From Candidatus Omnitrophota bacterium (GTDB lineage: Bacteria; Omnitrophota; Omnitrophia; Omnitrophales; Aquincolibacteriaceae), in assembly GCA_043803685.1 (NCBI GenBank), contig JAZDJU010000037.1, forward strand, positions 91,746 through 155,745: a stretch of 64,000 bases of DNA, read 5' to 3'. The notes below the pieces were generated by a model that worked only from the letters and a program-made list of their open reading frames with translations, did not search any database and was not told the origin of the DNA. Each line of letters starts with the position of its first letter. Within the stretch, counting starts at the first letter, position 1. Of this stretch, positions 18,504-28,342 are shown in pieces. A program made the position numbers and the translations under genes.

Positions 18504-20687
18504 TTAGCGGCGGGGCCGTCCGCGTCCGCCACGATCATCGCGGTCGCGTCTCGGAGGCGCTGCCTCAACGACCGTCCTCTGATCTTCGGGAAGGATCGGG
18601 AGAGGTTCGGTCATCGCTTGCTTGATGCTCAGGCTGATCTTGCCCCGCTCATCAACGCTCAGGACCTTCACCTTCACTTTGTCGCCCACGCGGAGATAAT
18701 CCCCGGCGCTCTTCACGAACCCTTCGGTGATCTCGGACACGTGACAAAGACCATCCTTGCCCGGCAACACTTCACAGAACGCGCCGAACGGCATCAGCTT
18801 CTGGACCGTGCTGTCATAGATCTTGCCGATCTCGGCATCTTCGGTGACCGCTTGAACGCGCGCGATAGCCGCTTGCGAGGATTCATTGCTCATCGCCGCG
18901 ATGAAGACACGCCCGTCATCTTCGATATCGATCTTGGCGCCGGTTTCTTCCACGATCTTGCGGATGTTCTTGCCTCCGGGACCGATCAACATGCCGATCT
19001 TTTCAGGATCGATCTTAAGCGTCGTAATGCGCGGCGCGAATTCCGACAGTTCCTTCGGCGTCTTGATGCAACCCGCGATCAGGTCCAGGATCTTGAAACG
19101 CGCCTGTTTCGCCTGATCGAACGCTTCCTTGAGCTGAGGTTCCGTAATGCCGTCGATCTTCATATCCATTTGAAGCGCTGTGAGTCCTTCGCGCGTTCCC
19201 GCAGCTTTGAGATCCATATCGCCCAAATGATCTTCGATCCCAGCGATATCCGTCAGGACCTTCCAGCGATTCTTATCCGTCACAAGTCCGATCGCGATAC
19301 CCGCCACCGGCGCCTTGATCGGAACCCCGGCGTCCATCAGCGCGAGCGTTCCACCGCAAACCGTCGCCATGGAACTCGAACCGTTGGATTCCATGATCTC
19401 GGAAACGAGACGAATGGTGTAAGGAAAATCTTCCTGCGACGGGAGAATGGCTTCCAGCGCACGTGACGCGAGCGCCCCGTGACCGATCTCACGACGTCCG
19501 GTCCCGCGATTAGGCCCGACCTCGCCCACGCTGTAGTGAGGAAAATTGTAATGGAGCATGAAACGCCTGGAATAGTTCTTTTCCAGGGCGTCAATGGTCT
19601 GTTCGTCATCGCCCGTGCCGAGCGTGGTCACGCTCAAACTCTGGGTCTGTCCGCGCGTAAAAAGCGAAGACCCGTGGGTCCTCGGCAAAATGCCGATCTC
19701 ACAGGTGATCTGTCGAATGTCGCGCTCCCCTCGTCCGTCCGGGCGTTTCCCGGTGGAAAGAACGAAATCACGGATCTTTTCGTGTTCGAGTCGCGCAAAC
19801 GCAATCTTCACGAGCGCCTCATCAAAACCTTCGGCTTTGGTATCGCACACCGCGAGGGCCTTTTCATAAAGACCTTTCAGGAACGCTTCCTGCGCTTCCT
19901 TGCCTGACTGCGAAAACATTTTCTCGAATTCATTTCCGATCGCGGCCTTGATCTTCTCTTCCATGCCCGCCGCAAAAGCGAGGGGCTTCACGGCCTTTTT
20001 GGTCTTGCCTGCTTTTTTCACAAGATCGAGTTGGAGTTGCACGGCCTTCTTGACCGCTTCATGCCCCACCTTAAGAGCCTCAAGCATCTGTTCTTCGGAG
20101 ATCTCCTTCGCGCCCGCTTCGATCATCACGATCTTTTCGAGTGTGCCGGCGACCACGAGATCCAAGGCACTTGCCTCGAGTTCCTGATGCGTGGGATTCA
20201 CAATGAACTGCCCGTCCACGAGCCCGACGCGCGCGGCGCCGAGAGCGGTCGTGTAAGGAATATCGGAGATCATAAGCGCCGCCGAAGCCGCGTTCATAGC
20301 AAAGACCTCAGTCATGTTCTCGCCATCGATCGAGAGCACCGTGACTGAGACTTGCACTTCGTTCAGATAATCTTCAGGGAAAAGGGGGCGGATGGGCCGA
20401 TCGATCAGACGTGAGGTCAGGATCTCCTTTTCGGAAGGGCGTCCTTCCCGCTTGAAAAAACCGCCCGGGATCTTCCCGGCGGCGTAAGTGCGTTCGCGGT
20501 AATCCACGGTAAGCGGAAAGAAATCGCGGATCTCTTTTTTGTCCGCCGCGGCAACCACGGCAGCCAGGACCACTGTCCCGCCACTTTGAATGAGTACGGC
20601 GCCATGGGCCTGTTTGGCCATGCGTCCGGTTTCCAGGGACACTTCGCGTCCCCCGATCTGAGTTGAGACTTTTTCGAGCTTTGTCAT
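18504..20687 (-). CDS. pnp: Polyribonucleotide nucleotidyltransferase (PNPase)
   Basis: 727 aa. Two RNase PH domains, KH and S1 domains, and an Arg/Gly-rich tail. Downstream of rpsO, the classic arrangement. Confidence 0.97.
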   Translation of the reverse strand: MTKLEKVSTQIGGREVSLETGRMAKQAHGAVLIQSGGTVVLAAVVAAADKKEIRDFFPLTVDYRERTYAAGKIPGGFFKREGRPSEKEILTSRLIDRPIRPLFPEDYLNEVQVSVTVLSIDGENMTEVFAMNAASAALMISDIPYTTALGAARVGLVDGQFIVNPTHQELEASALDLVVAGTLEKIVMIEAGAKEISEEQMLEALKVGHEAVKKAVQLQLDLVKKAGKTKKAVKPLAFAAGMEEKIKAAIGNEFEKMFSQSGKEAQEAFLKGLYEKALAVCDTKAEGFDEALVKIAFARLEHEKIRDFVLSTGKRPDGRGERDIRQITCEIGILPRTHGSSLFTRGQTQSLSVTTLGTGDDEQTIDALEKNYSRRFMLHYNFPHYSVGEVGPNRGTGRREIGHGALASRALEAILPSQEDFPYTIRLVSEIMESNGSSSMATVCGGTLALMDAGVPIKAPVAGIAIGLVTDKNRWKVLTDIAGIEDHLGDMDLKAAGTREGLTALQMDMKIDGITEPQLKEAFDQAKQARFKILDLIAGCIKTPKELSEFAPRITTLKIDPEKIGMLIGPGGKNIRKIVEETGAKIDIEDDGRVFIAAMSNESSQAAIARVQAVTEDAEIGKIYDSTVQKLMPFGAFCEVLPGKDGLCHVSEITEGFVKSAGDYLRVGDKVKVKVLSVDERGKISLSIKQAMTEPLPILPEDQRTVVEAAPPRRDRDDRGGRGRPRR

Positions 20688-20758
20688 GTGAGGTTACACC
20701 TTTCGCTTGTGAGATTGGGACTTCTTCAAGATAAGAGCAAAAAACTGAAACGAGGAAA

Positions 20759-21028
20759 TTACTTCCTCAGATCGAGGCGCACGAGGATCTGCTTGTATTT
20801 CTCAGGAGCCTCGCTCTCAAGGTGCTTCAGTAGCTTTTTGCGGCGGCTGACCATCTTGATAAGCCCGTAGCGCGAATGGTGATCTTTGACATTCTTTGCA
20901 AAATGTCCGGAAAGACCGTTGATGCGCTCTGTGAGAAGGGCGATCTGTACTTCATCGGACCCTGAATCATTCTTGGTGGTCTTGTATTTCGTGATGATCT
21001 CTTTTTTCTTCGTCTTTGCTAATGCCAT
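20759..21028 (-). CDS. rpsO: 30S ribosomal protein S15
   Basis: 89 aa. GSDEVQIALLTERINGLSGHF...HHSRYGLIKMVSRRKKLLKHL. Confidence 0.96.
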   Translation of the reverse strand: MALAKTKKKEIITKYKTTKNDSGSDEVQIALLTERINGLSGHFAKNVKDHHSRYGLIKMVSRRKKLLKHLESEAPEKYKQILVRLDLRK

Positions 21029-21175
21029 TTTCTTCCTAACTCCTTGTGCTTTCGTCGGTTATGTCGTTTATCTCATCTCTGAGGTTGCGGGAGTATACTC
21101 TACCCCCCCTCCTTTTGTCCAGATTTTTCGACCGGCCCCCTATTTTCAAAATCCCGCCGCGCCTCACCCGATCCG

Positions 21176-22222
21176 TTAAGGATTGGGATGGGAGACCCGC
21201 CATAACTTCCCATGACACCGCCTTGCGGCTAAAACATCGTTCCGGATCTTGGCCTTGAGCGCCTCTTCCGACTGGAATTTCTTCTCAGGGCGAAGAAAGC
21301 GATGGAGGGCCACTTCCATCATCTCGCCATAGACCTGCCCTTTAAAATCAAGAAGGTGCAGCTCCAGGACGGGACGCGGCGTCTCTCCCTTGGGATAGGT
21401 CGGCCGCTTTCCAAAATTCATGACGCCGGGAAGCCAATCCCCTGTGCCACGGGACACGGGACACGGGACACGTAAAGCCCAAGGACTTTTTCGTGGCTCG
21501 TGGTGCGTGGCACGTGTCCCGGAAGCTAAGAACCTCGCCGAAGCGACATACACCCCTAGCGGCAGCAGAACTTCCGAATGGACCTCGAGATTCGCCGTCG
21601 GGAACCCGAGGTGAGCTCCGTGGCCTTTTCCGTGAATGACTTTGCCGTACATGCTGAAAGGCCGGCCGAGGCATGCCTGGGCTTTCTCGACCTCTCCCTT
21701 CATAAGAAGCTCACGAACCCTGGAGCTGGAAATCGGTTTACCTCCTAGCATCACGGGTTTCATTTTTTTAAAAAGGAATCCGTTCGAGCGCGCGAGCCGT
21801 GCCATGAGACCCGTGTCCCCCTTCCGCCCGCGGCCGAAGTGAGCATCGTAGCCCATGCATATCTCGCGAATGTGAAGCCGCTTCACGAGGATCTTCTTCG
21901 CGAAATCTTCGGGCGTCATTTTCGCAAAGGCCGGCGTAAAAGACTGAAGGAAACAAAGATCGATCCCGGCTTGCGCCAGATAAAAAAGTTTCTGCTCGAC
22001 GCTCATGAGCATCATGGGTTTGCGTGACGGATGGAGCATGCTATGCGGGTGCTCGGGAAACGTCAGAACTGCGGCGAGGGCGCGTTCCTTTTTCGCCTGC
22101 CGGACCACGTAACGCAGGAGTTTTTGATGGCCGAGGTGAAAGCCGTCGAAATTCCCCAACGCAAGAACGATGGGCCGCGACGAACAGGCTTTATACTTTC
22201 GAAGGTCCGGGAGGATCTGCAT
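21176..22222 (-). CDS. ribF: Bifunctional riboflavin kinase / FMN adenylyltransferase, with an in-frame insertion of about 27 aa
   Basis: GNFDGFHLGHQ motif. Kinase domain with GFPTANL and NFGKRPT. 348 aa, compared with about 310 aa in the RibF proteins I know. Confidence 0.9.
   Translation of the reverse strand: MQILPDLRKYKACSSRPIVLALGNFDGFHLGHQKLLRYVVRQAKKERALAAVLTFPEHPHSMLHPSRKPMMLMSVEQKLFYLAQAGIDLCFLQSFTPAFAKMTPEDFAKKILVKRLHIREICMGYDAHFGRGRKGDTGLMARLARSNGFLFKKMKPVMLGGKPISSSRVRELLMKGEVEKAQACLGRPFSMYGKVIHGKGHGAHLGFPTANLEVHSEVLLPLGVYVASARFLASGTRATHHEPRKSPWALRVPCPVSRGTGDWLPGVMNFGKRPTYPKGETPRPVLELHLLDFKGQVYGEMMEVALHRFLRPEKKFQSEEALKAKIRNDVLAARRCHGKLWRVSHPNP
21444..21520. repeat. Complementary-word array (GGGACACG x3 facing CGTGGC/CGTGTCCC) located inside the ribF reading frame
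   Basis: gtgccacgggacacgggacacgggacacg ... gtggctcgtggtgcgtggcacgtgtccc. Same architecture and similar words (CCACGAG) as the atpD-atpC spacer. Confidence 0.7.
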
Positions 22223-22931
22223 GGACTAAGGTGGCGCTCAAAGGGAGCACTTTGGTGCGAAGTTCGACCGGCGTGAAATTCTTCAGGTCGTCGATCGTGA
22301 CGCTTTGTTCCAACCTGAACGGGCCGCTCCGAAGACGGCGCAGACGCGCGAGCGTGGCATAACAACCCAGCGATTCGCCAAGATCGTTCACGAGCGTGCG
22401 AACATAAGTACCTTTGGAAACATGCGCAAGGAACTCCACGAACTTGCCTTCCATTTTTTCAAAACGGAATTCATACACCATGACCGGCCGGCCGTCACGC
22501 TCCACGGTCTTGCCTTGGCGCGCGAGCTTGTAGAGACGGGTCCCCTCATGTTTAAGGGCTGAGACCATGGGCGGCACCTGAACAATATCACCCGTGAACT
22601 CCTTCGCGGCTTTGGCGCGAATGGCTTCAAGCGTGATGTGCTCCCAAGGCGCTTCCGCGGTCACCTTCCCTTGCCGGTCGTGGGAATCGGTTTGCACGCC
22701 AAGCTCCAACGCCCCAAAATATTCCTTGTTGCAGGCGCTGAGTTGCATGGAGCTCTTGGTCGCCTTGCCAAGGAGGAGTACGAGAAGCCCCGTCGCGAGA
22801 GGATCGAGCGTCCCTGCATGCCCGACTTTTTTGATGCCGAAGCGCCGGCGCACGAACGCGCACACATCATGCGACGTCCAGTTCTCGGGTTTATCGACGA
22901 GCAGAACGCCGTCGATGAAATTCACATCCAT
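22191..22931 (-). CDS. truB: tRNA pseudouridine-55 synthase
   Basis: GHAGTLDPLATGLLVLLLGKATK catalytic motif. TAATG junction with rbfA. Confidence 0.95.
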   Translation of the reverse strand: MDVNFIDGVLLVDKPENWTSHDVCAFVRRRFGIKKVGHAGTLDPLATGLLVLLLGKATKSSMQLSACNKEYFGALELGVQTDSHDRQGKVTAEAPWEHITLEAIRAKAAKEFTGDIVQVPPMVSALKHEGTRLYKLARQGKTVERDGRPVMVYEFRFEKMEGKFVEFLAHVSKGTYVRTLVNDLGESLGCYATLARLRRLRSGPFRLEQSVTIDDLKNFTPVELRTKVLPLSATLVHADPPGPSKV

Positions 22932-23287
22932 TAGGAAGTTTTGTCCTTTTCTTCGATCTTGCGAATGACCTGTCCTATCTCGAAATCCTTGTCGAGCGAG
23001 TCGTCCAGTTCAAATTGGAGCTTCGGCGTGTAACGCATCTTGATCGCCAGACCCACCTCGTGCTGAAGGAACCCAGCCGCACGCTCGAGGACCTTGAGCG
23101 TTTCCTCTTTCTTTTTCTTGTCACCCATCACGCTAATGAACACGACGGCGGATTTGAGATCCGGAGTGATCTTCACGTGCATGACGGTCACGAACCCAAG
23201 GCGCGGGTCCTTGATCCGTTCCAGAATAAGACTGCCCAACTCCATCTGAAGGAGCGACGCCACGCGTTCCGTCCGTTTCCCTTGCAT
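22931..23287 (-). CDS. rbfA: Ribosome-binding factor A
   Basis: 118 aa. RVASLLQMELGSLILERIKDPRLGFVTVMHVKITPDLKSAVVF. Confidence 0.93.
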   Translation of the reverse strand: MQGKRTERVASLLQMELGSLILERIKDPRLGFVTVMHVKITPDLKSAVVFISVMGDKKKKEETLKVLERAAGFLQHEVGLAIKMRYTPKLQFELDDSLDKDFEIGQVIRKIEEKDKTS

Positions 23288-23375
23288 ACGCTGCCCTCCA
23301 ATTAAAAAGGCGTCACTGAAAGCGCCAGAACCAGGGCCCGGCTTTCTTTTTCAGTGACGCCTCCGTGATGGATGA

Positions 23376-25616
23376 TTATAATTTTGCGGCGAATTTGTCG
23401 ATGCGATAAGATTCCAACAAGTCCCCTTCGCGAAGATCGTTGAAACCTTCCAGGGCGACCCCGCATTCGTAACCTTCCGCGACTTCCTTGACATCGTCCT
23501 TGAAACGTTTGAGGGACGACAACTTCCCATCGAAGATCACGACGTTATCGCGCACGAGCCTCACGCGATGCTGCCGCGTAATGCGTCCTTTCATCACGAT
23601 CGCCCCGCCGATATTTCCGACCCTTGAAGATTTGAAGATCTGGCGGACCTTGGTCTTGCCTTCGACCACTTCCTTGAGGTCTGGCTCCAGAATGCCTTCC
23701 ATGGCTTTGCGGATCTTCTCGACCGCTTCATAAATGATGCTGTAAAAACGGATGTCCACGCCCTCTTTTTCCGCAAGGACTTGAGCTTTCGGATCGGCTT
23801 TGACATGAAAACCGATGATGATCGCATCAGAGGCCGCCGCGAGCATTACGTCCGATTCGTTGATCCCGCCGACAATACCGTGGATCACGTGGAGCCGGCA
23901 CTTTTCGGAGCTGATCTTTTCAAGCGACTGCGTGAGCGCCTCGATCGAGCCTTGCATGTCCGCCTTGATGATGATCTTGAGCTCTTTGAAATTCCCTTCC
24001 GAAAGTTTCGAATAGAGACTTTCAAGCGACATGTGTTTCGGCGTCCCGCGCATCTGCCGTTCCCGGAGCTCCAGGACCTTTTGCTCCGTGATCGTTCTCG
24101 CGGTCTTCTCATCGGCTACCGCATAGACTGTCTCTCCCGCTTCGGGCACGCCGTTCAGGCCGCTCAATTCCACCGCATAGGCGGGACCGGCCTCGCGCAC
24201 CATTTTCGCGCGGTCATTTTTCATGGCGCGGATCCGCCCCGTATACTGGCCTGCCACCACAATATCGCCAAGCTTTAAGGTCCCCTTCTGGACGACCACG
24301 CTCGCGACAGGTCCACTTCCCTTTGAAATATGACTTTCGATCACAATGCCCACGGCCAGGCGATCGGGATTGGCTTTCAGTTCCAGGACTTCGGCCTCAA
24401 GAAGCAACATGTCCAGAAGATCCTCAATCCCTTTTCCGGTTTTCGCGGAAACTTTTACGACGATCGTCTTGCCGCCCCATTCTTCAGGCACGAGCCCGAT
24501 CTTTTGCAGCTCTCCAAGAACTTTGGCGGGATTCGCGGCCGGAAGATCGATCTTGTTCATCGCCACCACAATCGGGCAACCCGCCTCACGCGCGTGGTCA
24601 ATGGCCTCGATCGTTTGCGGCATCACGCCGTCATCGGCCGCCACCACGAGAACGACCACGTCCGTCACGTTCGCGCCTCGGGCGCGCATGGCGGTAAAGG
24701 CCTCATGGCCCGGCGTGTCGAGAAACGTCACATGTCCTTTGCCCGGGATATCGACGCCGTAAGCGCCGATGTGCTGGGTAATAAAACCTTTTTCTTTGGC
24801 CGCAACGTTCGTACTGCGGATCGCGTCAAGAAGCGATGTCTTGCCGTGGTCAACATGTCCCATCATCGTCACGACCGGAGGCCGCGGCTTCAGCTGCGTG
24901 GGATCTTCGACCTCTCCACTCTTGATGATCTCCCGAGCCTCGTCTTCCATCTTGGTAATTTCGATCCCGAGAGCCCCACCGGCCGCGTAAACGATCTCTT
25001 CGTTCAAAAGCTGGTTCACATTCGCGAAAATGCCGATGCCCATCAGCGCCTTGATCACTTCCGGAAGCCTCCGGTTCATCTTCTGAGCTAAGTCCCCGAC
25101 GGTGATCGGAAACCGGATCGCGATCGTAGGCTTGGCGGGCGGAGGCGGCACCACTGGCTTTGGAGCGGGAACGACCGAGATCTCCGGCTTTGCTTTAGGT
25201 GTTTCCACGACAGGCGCAACCTTAACCTGAGTAACTTCGGGAGCCTTAGGCGCCACCGGTTTCACCTCAGGCTTTTTCTCAACAACGGGAGGTGCGGAAG
25301 GTTTTTCTTCTTTTTTAACAGGGGCAGCCACGGCGACTTTGGGAACGACGCCCGCAACGACCGGTTTCGGAACCTGCGCTTTGACGACCGCAACAGGTTT
25401 CGCCTCTTCAACGGAAGGCTTGTCCACGGACTTAGTCTCTGCGAGAACTTTGGTCTTGGCCGGAGCCTTAGCAGTAACTTTTTTTTCTTTGACGACTTTG
25501 GTTGCAGGAGCTTTTACAGATGTCTTTTTGGGCAACTCGATCTTCTCGGTGGAAGCCTTCACAGTTTTTTTGACCGGCGTTTTTTTCTCTTTGGCTTTTT
25601 CTTTTTTTTCGGGCAT
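23376..25616 (-). CDS. infB: Translation initiation factor IF-2
   Basis: G domain VVTMMGHVDHGKTSLLD, DTPGHEAF, NKIDL. Lys/Pro/Ala/Val-rich N-terminus. Start set at MPEKKEK, 1 nt after the nusA stop. The longer track ORF would overlap nusA. Confidence 0.95.
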   Translation of the reverse strand: MPEKKEKAKEKKTPVKKTVKASTEKIELPKKTSVKAPATKVVKEKKVTAKAPAKTKVLAETKSVDKPSVEEAKPVAVVKAQVPKPVVAGVVPKVAVAAPVKKEEKPSAPPVVEKKPEVKPVAPKAPEVTQVKVAPVVETPKAKPEISVVPAPKPVVPPPPAKPTIAIRFPITVGDLAQKMNRRLPEVIKALMGIGIFANVNQLLNEEIVYAAGGALGIEITKMEDEAREIIKSGEVEDPTQLKPRPPVVTMMGHVDHGKTSLLDAIRSTNVAAKEKGFITQHIGAYGVDIPGKGHVTFLDTPGHEAFTAMRARGANVTDVVVLVVAADDGVMPQTIEAIDHAREAGCPIVVAMNKIDLPAANPAKVLGELQKIGLVPEEWGGKTIVVKVSAKTGKGIEDLLDMLLLEAEVLELKANPDRLAVGIVIESHISKGSGPVASVVVQKGTLKLGDIVVAGQYTGRIRAMKNDRAKMVREAGPAYAVELSGLNGVPEAGETVYAVADEKTARTITEQKVLELRERQMRGTPKHMSLESLYSKLSEGNFKELKIIIKADMQGSIEALTQSLEKISSEKCRLHVIHGIVGGINESDVMLAAASDAIIIGFHVKADPKAQVLAEKEGVDIRFYSIIYEAVEKIRKAMEGILEPDLKEVVEGKTKVRQIFKSSRVGNIGGAIVMKGRITRQHRVRLVRDNVVIFDGKLSSLKRFKDDVKEVAEGYECGVALEGFNDLREGDLLESYRIDKFAAKL

Positions 25617-25617
25617 G

Positions 25618-26841
25618 TTATCCACCTGTCTCTTCCCGCCCTTCTTCAATAACGTCAGGGGCTTTTTCTCTCGCTCCTTCTTCCGCAGAAACTGATTTTT
25701 CGGTCGGGTGACTTGCGCTGCCTTTGGGAGCCATAGCTTCTTTGGCTGACGCGAGGATCTTTTCGGCCGTTTTAGGACCGATCCCCGGGATCTCGGAAAG
25801 CTCTTCCACCGTTTTTTTGAGAAGTTCCCGGAGCCCCTGGATCCCGGCTTCCTTAAGGATCTGCTCCGTCTTTTCTCCAATGCCTTCCAGCGAAGCGAGG
25901 GGGATCTTTTGCGCGGCACTGCGCACATCAAGCTCCCAACCGATCAACTTTGAAGCAAGGCGCACGTTCTGTCCCCTCTTTCCGATCGCAAGCGACAACT
26001 GGTCGTCCTCGACCAGAATCTCCGCGCTTTGCCGTTCGGGATTCAAGGTGATCTTCTTGAGTTCCGCAGGCGCCATGGCGTTCCTGATATAAGTTTCAAT
26101 GTCATCGCTGTGGCGGATAATATCGATCTTCTCGCCCCCGAGTTCGCGAACGATGCTTTTAACGCGCTGCCCCCGAACCCCCACGCACGAACCCACACAA
26201 TCGATTTTTTCGTCCATCGAAGTCACGGCGATCTTGGTGCGGGATCCGGCTTCGCGCGCCACACCCTTGACCTTCACGAGCCCATCGTGGATCTCCGGCA
26301 CTTCCATTTCAAAGAATTGCGTCACAAGGTCCGGATGCGTCCTCGATAAAATGACCTCCGGTCCCTTGGCTGTTTTCTTGACTTCCATCACGTACGCGCG
26401 CACCACATTCCCTTGGCGAAAACTGTCGAGGGGCGATTGCTCCCGCGCGGGCAAAATTCCTTCTGTTTTTCCGAAATCCACGATGATCGCTTTGGACTCG
26501 ATCCGGTGGACGCTTCCGGAAACGATGTCGCCCTGCTTGTGGCTGTATTCGTTAAAAATGGATTCCCGCTCCGCTTCGCGGATCTTTTGAATAATAACCT
26601 GTTTGGCGGTCTGCGCGGCAATGCGTCCAAAACGGGGATCGTTGATCTCTTTGCCGTCCAGGAACATGGTAATGCGAAAGGTCTTCGGATCGATCTGCAC
26701 ATCAAAGACGTCACCCTTTTCGGGTGAACCTTTGCGGCAGGCGGAAATGAGGGCATGACGAAGGGCATCCAGGAGAACTTCCTTGGTGATCCCCTTTTCT
26801 TTTTCGATATATTCCAGCGAAGCTAGCAAATCCTGTGACAT
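25618..26841 (-). CDS. nusA: Transcription termination/antitermination factor NusA
   Basis: 407 aa. N-terminal domain, S1 and two KH domains (LAIGKRGQNVRLASKL), and a C-terminal HhH-like region. Confidence 0.95.
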   Translation of the reverse strand: MSQDLLASLEYIEKEKGITKEVLLDALRHALISACRKGSPEKGDVFDVQIDPKTFRITMFLDGKEINDPRFGRIAAQTAKQVIIQKIREAERESIFNEYSHKQGDIVSGSVHRIESKAIIVDFGKTEGILPAREQSPLDSFRQGNVVRAYVMEVKKTAKGPEVILSRTHPDLVTQFFEMEVPEIHDGLVKVKGVAREAGSRTKIAVTSMDEKIDCVGSCVGVRGQRVKSIVRELGGEKIDIIRHSDDIETYIRNAMAPAELKKITLNPERQSAEILVEDDQLSLAIGKRGQNVRLASKLIGWELDVRSAAQKIPLASLEGIGEKTEQILKEAGIQGLRELLKKTVEELSEIPGIGPKTAEKILASAKEAMAPKGSASHPTEKSVSAEEGAREKAPDVIEEGREETGG

Positions 26842-26868
26842 TTTGTCCCTGATCCCTTCCGTGTCCCG

Positions 26869-26902
26869 AGAAAAAAAAGAAGTGGGTTTGTGCGCCCACT
26901 TC
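26869..26902 (-). terminator. Rho-independent terminator downstream of the acyltransferase gene
   Basis: Stem gaagtggg / cccacttc followed on the minus strand by TTTTTTTT. Confidence 0.65.
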
Positions 26903-27074
26903 TTCGCATTCCTAAAATTGATGACCGTATTATATGGAGAATCTCGTGGAAGTCAACGAGAGTATCTTGAGCCCTCTTCGGCGGCACTCTAATGGAACGA
27001 GGTCTATTGAGGGTCTAACCTATTTCCAAAAAAAGAGTTACACGTGAGACGCTTCGTTGGGGCAGCTTCTCTAT

Positions 27075-27968
27075 TTACTCCGGACGGGTTCGCCAACGCC
27101 GATGGGCCCATAGCCAATCGCCGGGACGCTTGCGGATCTCTTCTTCGATCTTCGCAACGTATTGCTGGGTGTTGGCTAAAAGATCAGCCTGAAGGTCCCC
27201 GGTTTTGATCAGGGGGAACAAAGGGCCATACTGGATCTTCGAGCAACCGCTTTCGTCGCGATAAAAGAACGCTGGCAGTACCGGATAATCATACTTGAGA
27301 GCAAGCATCGCCGGCAACGTACTCGTCGCCGCCTTGCGCCCGAAAAAATCCACCCACACGGACCCGCGGCTTTCATGCTGATCGATCAGGACCGCCAGGA
27401 TCCCGCGTTTTTTGAGAACCTCGATGGAGGATCTCACGGCGCCTGATTTTTCGATATTGGTCAGATTCGCCGCCTCGCGCATTTTCCGGACATAGCGGTA
27501 AAGATAAGGATTCTTCAGGGGGCGCCCAACAGCATGGACATGGAGCCCGTATTTCTGGATGGGGATCGCGAGCCACTCCCAATTTCCGAAATGGGAGACG
27601 ATCGCGATGAAACCGCCCTTTTTTTTCACCGCTTCCATGAGCGGCGCTACCTCAGGCGGCGTGATGTATCGCTCGGGAAACGCGGACGCTTCGGGCGTGC
27701 GCAGAAACTCGAAAGCGAGCTTGAAAATATTCCGGATCGATCGCTCCGCGATCCCGAGAAGTTCCGCCTCAGTCCTTTCGCCGCTAAAGGCTAGGCGAAG
27801 ATTCTTGAGCATGGTCTCCCTCCGAACACCGAAAAAGCGGACCGCGCAGATCCCGAGAGCATCTGCGATCTTGTAGCTAATGCGAAGAGGAATGAGACGA
27901 AGCAGGAATGCCAGGAGTCTGAAGATGGCGTATTCGAGAAGAAAGCAGGCCTTTTTGAGAGGATTCAT
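27075..27968 (-). CDS. LpxL/HtrB-family lipid A (Kdo2-lipid IVA) acyltransferase-like protein
   Basis: HFGNWEW catalytic motif, an N-terminal membrane anchor and the LIDQ motif. Start set at MNPLKK. Confidence 0.8.
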   Translation of the reverse strand: MNPLKKACFLLEYAIFRLLAFLLRLIPLRISYKIADALGICAVRFFGVRRETMLKNLRLAFSGERTEAELLGIAERSIRNIFKLAFEFLRTPEASAFPERYITPPEVAPLMEAVKKKGGFIAIVSHFGNWEWLAIPIQKYGLHVHAVGRPLKNPYLYRYVRKMREAANLTNIEKSGAVRSSIEVLKKRGILAVLIDQHESRGSVWVDFFGRKAATSTLPAMLALKYDYPVLPAFFYRDESGCSKIQYGPLFPLIKTGDLQADLLANTQQYVAKIEEEIRKRPGDWLWAHRRWRTRPE

Positions 27969-28021
27969 AAAAAGAATCTTATTGATTAAGAGTGGGAATG
28001 CCAAAGCCCACGCTTTGGCAC

Positions 28022-28053
28022 TGCAAAAAAATCGAAACTTGTGGTTTCGATTT
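28022..28053 (-). terminator. Rho-independent terminator downstream of tRNA-Gly
   Basis: Perfect 10 bp stem aaatcgaaac / gtttcgattt running into a T-run on the minus strand. Confidence 0.6.
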
Positions 28054-28148
28054 GCTGTCGCCGCCTTTTAAAAGAACCTTAAAAGAGCGCGGTCGCCGTA
28101 CACGGCCTTCCTTAAAAGTGACGGCGCCGTGCTGATTCATTAGGAATC

Positions 28149-28219
28149 AGCGGGCAGCGGGAATCGAACCCGCATGACTAGCTTGGAAGGCTAGGACATT
28201 ACCATTATGCTATGCCCGC
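28149..28219 (-). tRNA. tRNA-Gly (anticodon UCC)
   Basis: Hand-folded cloverleaf: acceptor GCGGGCA/TGCCCGC, anticodon stem CTAGC/GCTAG with loop CTTCCAA, T arm GCGGG-TTCGATT-CCCGC. No encoded CCA. Confidence 0.9.
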
Positions 28220-28342
28220 ATGGTCGGCCTTGAAAACGGGGGCCATTCTAACGGAGGAATAAAGGACGCGCTACTTTTTTTAGCTCCCCAAAAAGCACAA
28301 CGATCAACGCGCGACGTTCGACGAAAAATCCTTCGCTGACCG

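Noticed and set aside
25617-25931. N-terminal extensions in the ORF track (infB to 25931, radical SAM to 40490, epimerase to 38066, SDR to 29242, acyltransferase to 28004)
   Set aside because: The extensions overlap the upstream gene or read repeats out of frame (MIGWKRSNKSLFR... is the 39 bp repeat in another frame). Internal ATGs immediately after the upstream stop give canonical N-termini.
26842-27074. Missing rimP upstream of nusA, or a hidden small gene (62 aa ORF 26711..26899)
   Set aside because: The 62 aa ORF overlaps the nusA start and the terminator hairpin and has no RimP-like sequence. The spacer is best explained as terminator plus nusA promoter/leader. Absence of rimP here is noted but cannot be evaluated without the whole genome.
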